In this document: piece by piece, positions 12,675 to 21,820 of the stretch
Layout of the letters: every line of letters starts with the position of its first letter
Numbering within the stretch: position 1 is the stretch's first letter
Source of the DNA: Oopsacas minuta
Lineage: Eukaryota; Animalia; Porifera
NCBI GenBank assembly: GCA_024704765.1
Contig: JAKMXF010000313.1
Coordinates: 124,001 to 188,000 of the forward strand
Direction of reading: 5' to 3'
Length of the DNA stretch: 64,000 nt
Made by a program: the position numbers and the translations under genes
The notes under the pieces: model-generated
The model's database searches: none
Told to the model about the DNA's origin: nothing
The model's input: only the letters and a program-made list of their open reading frames with translations

Positions 12675-13464
12675 TAAAGTTGATCTAAACCTATCGACTG
12701 ACCCCTTCTTCCACGCCGCTAGGATAGCTGAGTCTAGTTATGCACATACCGACCCTCTAAATGTTCTTTAAATACGATTTTACTAGATCGACCTCCGCGG
12801 TCAATCTCTTTTCTTCATATTTTTAACATAATTAACATGAATACATGATGTCATCGTCTTATAATAAAAGTGTAGAGAGTATGCTCGTTTGGTGCTGAGA
12901 GCAAAGAGTTCAATTTGATGTTCTGATAATTTAAATTTGGTATATTCTAGATGGCTGAAACCACAGAATGACATATACTTACATTCCTCTGTTAATTTAT
13001 AGTTACGTGGTAAGAATGATGTAGAAAACATGCCAAGATAATAAATTCCTCTGGCTACAGATGATAACTATACATGTAGATGCATTTGTACTAAAGTAGA
13101 ATATATATTTGAATACTACTCTATTTTCAATAAGATTTCAAATATAGAACATGACAGAAAACCTGGATGTTATAAATCTCCATATACTAAACAAAAGAAT
13201 CGAAAGATTGATTAGGACGGCGGAGAGATGCTATTTATGTCGAACATTGAACCTATTTCACTAAAGAAATGGTGTTTGTGGTTGACAGTATACCTAAACG
13301 ATATTCTAAATAGTGTGAAGTAGGTTGATTGTCTCAAACTATCACATGGATAGGTTTGGGGCAATCAACATTAAAGCATCTAAATGATTTACTATTGAAT
13401 ATCATTTAGATTTTAGAGGGCAGCTTCGAACAAGGGGTCACTGGATAAGATTATGACAATTTTT

Positions 13465-13998
13465 GAGAATGGAATGTTGCTACATTCCTAAGACATTCCT
13501 GTGTTGCTAGGCAAAAATATTCCCAAACACATTCGAGCGACCACTTAAACGACGTAAAACCTTTCGTTGATTACGAATGTCGACACTAAAATCCTTTTTC
13601 GATTCAAACTGGATGAGTTATATGCATGTAAACACCTTCACAATGTGTCCAAAGTGGCACATAAAACTGATTGTGTATCACACCACAACTGGCTCCCCTT
13701 CTAAAAGTTCAAGTACACTCTACTGTAACTTTGTACCAAATTTGGTGCTTTTACCCGACATGTCACGGTTTTAGGGCTAACAGCCAGCCCTGACTATAGT
13801 ATATGGGGATTTAGTATTATTACAAATATTGCGATGTCATTGTGGCAAGAGTAGGTGTGATAGGGCTTAATTATTGAATATAGAAAATGTACAACTCTAG
13901 ACAAAGGTACTGACCAAATTTCAGGTGAATTGTTTGAGAATTGACAGAATTATTAAGTGTTAAGTTGTGCTCATATTTCATTGCTGGAGTTCGCTGCT
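13465..13998 (-). repeat. Right arm of a 534-bp inverted repeat
   Basis: See left arm. The ORF track shows the identical 65-aa peptide at 12365-12562(-) and 13577-13774(+). Confidence 0.97.
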
Positions 13999-14369
13999 AA
14001 CTTCACATTCGTGTATAGCATTGTGGTTGTATGTAGGTTCGGACGAGTCTATTGACAGAGATTCATATAACAATTAGCATCAAACATTATTACAAAGTAC
14101 ATCATATATCCATTGTTCAATGTAGTGAATGTCTTTAATAAGTAACCCTAGTTACTAATTTGTATCTATGGAATTTTCAGTCGGCTTCTTGCATTTATTA
14201 TCTCATGAATTCTCAAAGTAGTATTCGTAACTAAGAAGCGAGATTCTCTATAAAATGTATTAATTTAGTACTTTTATTAAGACTTTAAATTCTCGATTAA
14301 TTTCTTCATTTATTGTCCTAATACCTGAAAATTATTCCTATACGTATAATATTCTCATTTACTAGCATA

Positions 14370-16805
14370 ATGGATATTTCAGCACAACACCTAATGTTAT
14401 GCAATAATATTCGAGAGAGTTCTGATTTTGAATACAATTCAGACGAAGAGCTCGCTAACAAGCCAGCTCTTCAGAACACCCCCGTGGATGTTCATATTGG
14501 TATGGACTCGTCGTACCTAAACAGACCTTACTTATCTCCTTTCTCAAAACATATTTCTAACAAACAGCGGAGATTGAATAATCATGCTTTGTTTGTATGG
14601 CTGGAGGACAACTACCAATTGAAAGACGATGAGTGTTTGGCTCGCAGCGTTATGTACAACCACTACCTAGACTACTGTAAACGAAGCAAAATATTTCCAG
14701 TCAGTCCAGCTTCATTTGGGAAGATCATCAAACAAAAATTTCCTGAATTGAAGACACGTAGACTTGGTACAAGAGGGCAGTCTAAGTATCATTACTACGG
14801 CGTTTCTATAAAGCAACAATCACTCTATTACAGATCTTCTGACCATAAAAATGGACTTTCTCGTTTTTCAACTTCACTTAGTAGTTACATCACCACCTCT
14901 ATCATCCCCAAATCAAAGAAGGAAAATTGTACTTCATGTTTTCCTAGCGTTAAGTTAAGAACGCCTCTTCCTGACTTTCCTGATACTTCCTACCTCGACT
15001 TGAAGCCTAACACTTACAAGAACAAGCTGGACACATTTATGATAATGTATCGTACTCATTGTCAACGGATAATGGACTCAGTAATTCGGGCAAATTTTGA
15101 AGAAGTAAATGACTTGATGGTACATTTTTGGCAAGGAATGCCCCAACATATGCTAGAGGTCTTAAACTATTCAATTACTTTACACATAATTACAGTATGT
15201 GACGTCATGCTCTACCGTGTGCTAGGCGAAGTTCTCATTCCGGCTTCTTTGCAGGCACTGCCTGACTCTCTCCTCTCTGACATCAAAGATTTCGCTATAA
15301 ATATAAAAGAATGGCTATTTGAAGCTCTCTCAGACTTACCCCCTAAGCTGATGATCAGGAAAATCGAGCTTGCTAAGAATTTCTCTAAAATTCTCCTCAG
15401 ACAAACTACCCTGGTTATGCTGGCACAAACCGCACGGGGAGTTTTGAGAAACTGTGACTCTGTCTCCCAAATGCTAGAAGATTGGCGTACTTTAGATTTC
15501 TGCGATATCTCACTCAGACTCACTTTTGTGAAGAAGAGTAGAAATTCGGATGACAACAACTTGGTGAGGATTCTATCTATTGAACTTGAGAGTCTGTTCA
15601 TAAAGCAAGCACCTCTTGACCTGTATCTCGAATGGATTGACTCTATGATTAACTCACTAGTAGTGATGCCTGCTGGCTCCAACATAAAGAACTTCAAGGC
15701 TCTGAGCAGACAAGTGATGCTAGAATGGTTCTTTATTGGGAGAATTATTGAAGAAGAAATGACTATCAAATCGGCTCCTAGCTTTGGTTGCTTCCGTCTC
15801 CTATACTTGATGCTGTCTGAATACATATTCTTTATAATAGAACATTTAATATATCAAAAGATTGAGAAAGGTTATGAAGATGTCCTTCGAGAGATTTTCA
15901 TTGCTCACAATCCTCACCTTCAACCTCTGGACAAGATTCCCACTCGGAACATAGAGATAATCGTGCCTGGTAACTTAGACCTATCTCCAGAAACAGATGA
16001 ACCCGAGATAACACTTTCAGACGAATGCGAGTTTCAACGTCCCGAACCGAAAGAAACGTTCCTTTACCACGATTATCCACAGTTATTTCCTAAAATACCT
16101 TCTAAGGACAACCGGATAGCATCTCTTATAGGATACCCTACTTGTCCTGCTGACACTATCCAACCCTCTACTATGCCGATTAATATTGACTACCCTTCTC
16201 CGATAATACCTTCTATTCCATTGGATCAACCTAGAGGGGTGTTTAGATTCGATTTCCCAAGGCAATCCCATTTCTCTGAGCGAATTGAATCTCGCAATTT
16301 ATCGATTCCTTCACATATTGCTTTCCAAAGCCAGCAGGCGACTGACTCTTCCGATGCTTGTACTACTCCACGACACTCCCCCACTTGCTTCCACCCCACC
16401 CACTCTCTAATTTCTGAGGAATCCATGAAGAGACAAAACCCTATAGTAAACGAGCTGTATCATGGTGACATTCCTTACCATCCTCCTGCTTTCGAGTACT
16501 CAGGAGATGAGTGTTACTCACACAGTGAAATGTCAGATATACCTGACCCGCCAATTACTCAGGGGTTGTTTCAACAGAAACAATTGTCATCTTTTCACAG
16601 TAACAATCTTCAAGGAGATTCTATTTTTCCCCAGGGCAGGGTTAACAAATTACTGCACCCTTCTCCTTCTTCTCTCCCATACGTCATCTCTGGGGATCTT
16701 CCTCAACAAGATCACGCTCTCCAACCCAACGTTCTGAATGCTGGATCCATGGTAACATCTGCTCGTCTCGTTTACCCTACTAGCATAGTTAATCATACCT
16801 ATTAA
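14370..16805 (+). CDS. RFX: RFX winged-helix transcription factor, RFX4/RFX6-like (811 aa, intronless CDS)
   Basis: RFX DNA-binding domain WLEDNY...PVSPASFGKIIKQKFPELKTRRLGTRGQSKYHYYG. The downstream MYRTHCQRIMDSVIRANFEEV...FWQGMP block is RFX4/6-like. Dimerisation region ends in SFGCFRLLYLMLSEY, followed by a Pro/Ser-rich tail. Confidence 0.96.
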   Translation: MDISAQHLMLCNNIRESSDFEYNSDEELANKPALQNTPVDVHIGMDSSYLNRPYLSPFSKHISNKQRRLNNHALFVWLEDNYQLKDDECLARSVMYNHYLDYCKRSKIFPVSPASFGKIIKQKFPELKTRRLGTRGQSKYHYYGVSIKQQSLYYRSSDHKNGLSRFSTSLSSYITTSIIPKSKKENCTSCFPSVKLRTPLPDFPDTSYLDLKPNTYKNKLDTFMIMYRTHCQRIMDSVIRANFEEVNDLMVHFWQGMPQHMLEVLNYSITLHIITVCDVMLYRVLGEVLIPASLQALPDSLLSDIKDFAINIKEWLFEALSDLPPKLMIRKIELAKNFSKILLRQTTLVMLAQTARGVLRNCDSVSQMLEDWRTLDFCDISLRLTFVKKSRNSDDNNLVRILSIELESLFIKQAPLDLYLEWIDSMINSLVVMPAGSNIKNFKALSRQVMLEWFFIGRIIEEEMTIKSAPSFGCFRLLYLMLSEYIFFIIEHLIYQKIEKGYEDVLREIFIAHNPHLQPLDKIPTRNIEIIVPGNLDLSPETDEPEITLSDECEFQRPEPKETFLYHDYPQLFPKIPSKDNRIASLIGYPTCPADTIQPSTMPINIDYPSPIIPSIPLDQPRGVFRFDFPRQSHFSERIESRNLSIPSHIAFQSQQATDSSDACTTPRHSPTCFHPTHSLISEESMKRQNPIVNELYHGDIPYHPPAFEYSGDECYSHSEMSDIPDPPITQGLFQQKQLSSFHSNNLQGDSIFPQGRVNKLLHPSPSSLPYVISGDLPQQDHALQPNVLNAGSMVTSARLVYPTSIVNHTY

Positions 16806-17501
16806 ACGTGATTATCCTACTTACATCACATCTAGACATTTCTCCTGAGAAGATTCTTACAAGGCTACGTCACTTATGTATTAATATCTCTATTGTACTT
16901 ACACTTTTCACACAGCTTTGCAATCAATTTCAATTCTCATAAACAGTGTCATCATATAACTTCTCTCTTACTATTATAGACTAATACGCTTATATTTTTG
17001 ATTCTTTATTTGTTGTAACTGATCTAACTTTTATTATAAATATGAGTCTAAGTGTATTAGTTTGCCCCAAATATGTGTATACGTATGCAGTAGATTCTCT
17101 CGTTAATACGAAATCGGTTAGATATTGCATACTACTGATTACGTCACATTGGTAAGAGTAATCATATCGTAATATATTATCAGGGTATGGGAAGTCGAGT
17201 ATATATTATAAAATGGCTATACTGATTTAACGATAACTTTAATGATTATTGACTTGCTAGCGCGCTTCGCTTGCTAGAACGGTGCGCGACAGCTTAGTGC
17301 CTCAGGTTATCTTAAGTATTAAACAGCTAAATTTCTTGATCCAGATATTCTCGGCACTAGGGGCCTCGAGTTGGAGTTATTTTTTGCTGAAATTTAATTT
17401 TTTTTATTATCCATGGTCCATCCAAATTCCATTTAATGGCCTTCTGTGGTAATACTGGATCTGCTATCGTTCTTTGGATTAGTGATCTGAGCAGTGGTTA
17501 A

Positions 17502-17673
17502 TAATGTGATTTTTCGAAAACTGTTACAATAACGTCATAATTTCGTCAGGTATGAATTTTCTCCAAGACTCAAACTTGTCCTAGCCAGGCCCAAAATGCC
17601 CCTGTATGCCAAAAATCAGCCCTCAGGTGTGTCTTCCAGTTTCTTCAATCAATTCCGAACATACAAACATATA
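17502..17673 (+). repeat. Dispersed repeat (Helentron/HINE-like 3' part); partners at 21542-21820 and ~22585-22640
   Basis: Shared TAATGTGATTTTTCGAAAA...CTTGTCC(T/G)AGCCAGGCCCA...AAATCAGCCCT...TTCCAGTTTCTTCAATCAA..CCGAACATACAA. Confidence 0.6.
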
Positions 17674-17688
17674 TGTTGTAGGAGATGC

Positions 17689-20156
17689 TGTTGAATAACC
17701 AACATCTCCTGCATGACATGTTGGCGATTTGGTGGTGTATGGCTTGAGAAGTTTATCACCGGTTTTAAAGTGAATTATGTGGCTTCAACAAATTATACTT
17801 GACACACGGATATGCTATAGGAAATGTTGTCGAATAACCAACATCTCCTGTTGGACATGTTGACGATTTGGTGGTTCAGTAGTTTATTTTATAATTTATA
17901 ATTTTATACAATTACTAAGCAACTGATAATTTAGCTAAGCTATGCTTGTGTTTTAGGTCAACTAAAAGGAATATCCAAGTAGATTGCAAAATTGACTTTC
18001 ATGTTTCGTGGTGGATTTGAATCTTTTCAGATATTAATTTCTTTTTTATCATTCCATCGTAATGGTAACGATCCCTTTGCAATAAAAGTTTTAGGGGAAA
18101 ATGATTACCAAAAAGAAGTGTATACCCAAGCAACTTGAAGTGTTTGAGTTTATTTTGATGAATTATGTGAATTTTCTCTTTAATTTTCTCCTCCAGAACT
18201 TTATTATCTTGGAAATTCTTGAGAACAGCCCGAACACTTCATCTGACACTGATAATGCAACTGAATCCAATGTTAGTTAAATATTTTACCACTGTATACT
18301 CTAATCAATAAAAGTCAACTGCATACAAGTTTTCCAAAATTTCCATCTCTTTTGGTAGGCTATAACGTAATAAATCAAATTTCCCAAGTTGTACTTTTTG
18401 TTAAAAACTTGTTTACTTGATTACTCAGCTCTTTCTGTAGGTACCCGAATGCTGCCCTAATAGGATCAATGTGCAAGCTAATTAGAGTGAGAAAATTGTC
18501 GAGGACATGTTTTATTAATTGTGTTCCATTATATTCACCTCCCCACGCAACACAAAGAGCTATAAGAGTTTCTAATTGAGAAAGAGATGGAGCAAGATTA
18601 GGTATTCTACCTAAGTGAACGTCTGAGGGAATAGCAATGAACTAATTTCTGTAGAATTTTCTTGTTTATGACTTCATCGAGTGGGATCGAGGATGAGATT
18701 GTTACGAATTGTAGATGTTACTTTAGATTTTAACTTGTGTGATTCTAGTGAAGCATTCTTATTATCAGAATTTTATACATGGAATTAGATTTGGATGACG
18801 CCCGCCAGAAGTGCAATAGTAACCACTGACTTTACGAGGACAATGTTTCGTTGCACAATTCCTCTATACGAACATTTTTTTTCTACCATGAGAAAGAAGA
18901 TTAGCAATTGTATGCATTTTATTTCTGTAGTAGGTATATTTGAAAACTTAGATAAGATGAGTCTGTCCAAGGTGCGAACTCGCCCCTCGGATAATTCCGG
19001 TCTAACATTCCTTTTCGGTTCCTACACGGTATGAATTGTTTGATACTTTGATTATCACACCTAGAATATGATTTGGACCTAGTTTGCCTTTATCTACTTT
19101 GGGGATAGGTACCCTTATAATGCTTTAAGATCTTCGACGCTGTTAATTGAATGGTTGTATTCTTCGGGTAAATGAAAATCTCGCAATACTATGGGGAGAT
19201 CTCTGTTATATAGCATTCTATAGGGACTGTTTTACAAACGCTATGTACAGTGGTGTTTTCATGTAGGCGACTTTTTCTAATTCGCTAACTCAATTGAGTG
19301 TTGAAATTTATCAAGCAAACTGGTGAGAATATTTTCCACCCGCTTGTTAGCACTCTCAACAGAGCCTTGCGATTTTCTCTTCAATGTGCTTGACACTATC
19401 CATATATCTTGATAGGTGAGTATCCAATTATATTCACCATCAGGATTAGCTCTCATATCAATGAGATCAACTTGACCTCTAGCTCCAAATCCTTCAGACG
19501 ATATTGGTTTGGTAACGAGTGACTTCTGTGACTTTTTCATTATTCTGGCTTGATGTTCGAGACTTTGCGAAAGAAAGATCTTTATCAACTCAATATTTAT
19601 GGAATACCCTTGTTCTCTGATTTTTGTGAGTAAGGAATTCCATCCTTCATAGCCAGTTTGCTCCCAACACCAATTTATTTATCAAATAAGTTCTCAAACG
19701 GAACTGCTATAAGTGATCGGTTTGTAGTTACTTTCGAGTATGGGTCAATGTATCGTAATTCTTTTACATTGCTTACCTCTTAAAGATGGAAACTTTGCAC
19801 TGAACGCTCATCTCTTTTTGTCTTGGGACCAGAAGTCAGTATGTCGATCTTCTTTTGTATTTCGAAATTGGTCCAGGCACGACATTGTGGATTGTTCATC
19901 TTTATGTTAACAACTTCTTCAAATTTCTTCCTGTTGTAATTTCAGCCATTTTAAGTATGAATAATATTAAATTTTGGGTTTACTATTTATTTGTAGAATC
20001 GTGTCGTACAACTATCGTACGACAATCGAAATAGGTATATCCGTGTGTCGGGTATAATTTGTTGAAGCCGCATAATTAACTTTGAAACCAGTGATAAACT
20101 ATTCAAGCCATATACCACCAATCGCATGACCTGCAGGAGATGTTTGTTATTCGACA
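17689..20156 (-). mobile_element. Decayed Ginger2/KRBA2-SCAND3-type integrase DNA transposon
   Basis: ~130-bp diverged inverted repeats beginning TGT (17689-17818 and 20031-20156) enclose an integrase pseudogene. A second partial left end starts at 17828. No target-site duplication recognised. Confidence 0.7.
18760..19949 (-). pseudogene. KRBA2/SCAND3-like rve integrase (transposase) pseudogene
   Basis: KPISSEGFGARGQVDLIDMRANPDGEYNWILTYQD, then an internal deletion removing the second catalytic Asp region, then SQGSVESANKRVENIL. Further down: VPIPKVDKGKLGPNHILGVII...YRVGT and a frameshifted Cys-rich tail (KCSYRG/NCATKHCP...YCTSGGRHP). Multiple stops and frameshifts. Confidence 0.85.
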
Positions 20157-20532
20157 GAATTTCCCGATTGAATTTTAATAGTGTAGATTAGTGTGTTCAT
20201 TAAAATGTGTTATTCCTGGTATCTACTGTAACTCAAGAACGAGCCAACTGTTGTATTACAATTTTCAATGGCTTGGTCCCGATGTGCTTCTGTTATAAGC
20301 CACTGTTTGTTGTAACTTGTCTTACTCACACAGATTACATTAAATTTGTGAAAATACAATAGAGCTTAAGAGAATTGGAGAAACGCTTCCCTACTTGAAT
20401 AATTATGTTGAGGTGGAATTCAGTTTAATTGAAAGTATAACTTCTGATACATTACAATTTATTCTGGTAGCTAAACTGTAAATTTTAAGTATCAATGGTC
20501 TGGTAATAGAGATAGTTGAACTGTCATGGTAG

Positions 20533-20938
20533 TACCCGACGGCCAAAGTGTTGCATATGTGGGGCTCCATAGGATTGGGAAGACGTTCACAACACAATCA
20601 ACTCTTACGCGACTCGCCATCCTATACTTCAAAAGATCCCTGGAGATAAATGGTCCGATGGCTTCAACTTTCAACGTGTCATCATATTTGATGAGCTTGT
20701 GCGGGGGCAATTCCTTTACACCAAATGGAACTCCTATTGTGATCCCGACCCGCCACTTCTCGAAATTAAGGGCGCTAAGTTGCCTAATCCAGCTACCTAC
20801 TACATTGTACCCTCAAATCGATCCCCCGAAGATCAGTACGTTCGAATTAAAGAGGAAAAACCGGCTGAATGGCAACCTACAGGCGTCGCAATACGTCTTC
20901 TCACCACCTTGCCCCTTTATCCGACGGTTTATCTGTAA
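20533..20938 (+). pseudogene. Endogenous CRESS-DNA-virus-like Rep, SF3 helicase domain (2 frameshifts)
   Basis: Reconstruction: KVLHMWGSIG/(I)GKTF (Walker A, 20560-20585), KWSDGFNFQRVIIFDE (Walker B, 20681-20695), PLLEIKGAKLP, YYIVPSNRSPEDQY (motif C, 20804-20818), and AIRLL near the Arg-finger position. Confidence 0.8.
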
Positions 20939-21009
20939 TTCACCGAAGATGAGGACAGCAATTTTCGATTTAATATAAAAGAAGAAATAAATATAGACAG
21001 AATCGGAAG

Positions 21010-21321
21010 ATGTTAGATAGAACATACGCAGATAGATTAATGGAAGAAGGAAGAGTAAGAAAATTAGACCAAGATTTGAACACAGTAAATCTATACATGG
21101 ATGAATTACAAAGAGAAATTCAAGAATTAGAAGAAAAAATAGACGGGATGGAAGAAGATCATACATATATTCTATCAGAAAGTGACGAAGATGAAGAATC
21201 ACAGATGGATACTACATGCGAATGTGGCAATAATCTAGAAGAAATACTACTTCTAGTAAGAAAAGACTTGGTAAACTATCTAAAGACCAAGAGTTTTGAT
21301 GAAAACTCAATAGATATTTAG
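21010..21321 (+). CDS. Orphan acidic coiled-coil ORF (103 aa), possibly part of the viral insertion
   Basis: ATG-initiated and stop-free, strongly purine-rich codon pattern, heptad-like LNTVNLYMDELQREIQELEEKIDGM, acidic run SESDEDEES, CECG. No family recognised. Confidence 0.4.
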   Translation: MLDRTYADRLMEEGRVRKLDQDLNTVNLYMDELQREIQELEEKIDGMEEDHTYILSESDEDEESQMDTTCECGNNLEEILLLVRKDLVNYLKTKSFDENSIDI

Positions 21322-21541
21322 AAGATTAATGGTAGTGTGTTAGGATTAGTTCATTATATTAAAGAAAAAGTCTCATTGGGTTTTCATCAAAACTCTGGAA
21401 ATGTTGATTTTTTTGTACAGTTATGATGACGTAATAATTCCATGATGATTTTGGTATATGGTCAAAATCGTCACAACGTGTGGCCGTAAACTACGTATCT
21501 GTGATTAATTTTTCAAACTTCTATCATGTATATTGGCTGAG

Positions 21542-21784
21542 TAATGTGATTTTTCGAAAATCCAAAAAAGGTGACATATGTTCAAAGACTTGTCCGAGCC
21601 AGGCCCACAATCCGAAATCAGCCCTGGGGGGTATTCCAGTTTCTTCAATCAATCCGAACATACAACATATACGTATATATGTTCTTCCCCGATACCTAAC
21701 CTGACGGTTACATAACCTGCGTTCCAATCACGCAACGGAACGTCAGGTACATAACGAGAAGGAAGTTGGGCATCCGGACGAAAC

Positions 21785-21817
<33 letters not shown>

Positions 21818-21820
21818 GAT
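21542..21820 (+). mobile_element. Helentron/HINE-like non-autonomous element, 3' part with (AT)n tail
   Basis: Homologous to 17502-17673. Hairpin ACCTGACG...CGTCAGGT (21699-21748), (AT)12 at 21785-21809, terminus CACACATAGAT. Confidence 0.5.

Noticed and set aside
12365-13774. Two identical 65-aa ORFs as a duplicated gene pair
   Set aside because: By-product of the inverted repeat; the homologous copy at 46.3 kb does not preserve the peptide.
14142-14155. GTAACCCTAGTTAC palindrome upstream of RFX as an autoregulatory X-box
   Set aside because: The half-sites are in the opposite orientation to the GTTRC...GYAAC consensus.
15212-15826. 204-aa antisense ORF inside RFX
   Set aside because: Shadow frame of a conserved coding region, with no recognisable motifs.
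20161-20530. HUH endonuclease half of Rep or a nonanucleotide origin hairpin
   Set aside because: No RCR motif I/II/III or TAGTATTAC-like loop could be read here or after 21321.
20526-20978. 150-aa ORF as an intact gene
   Set aside because: Only its GKTF...YFK part is in the Rep frame; the rest is an off-frame reading of the Rep pseudogene.
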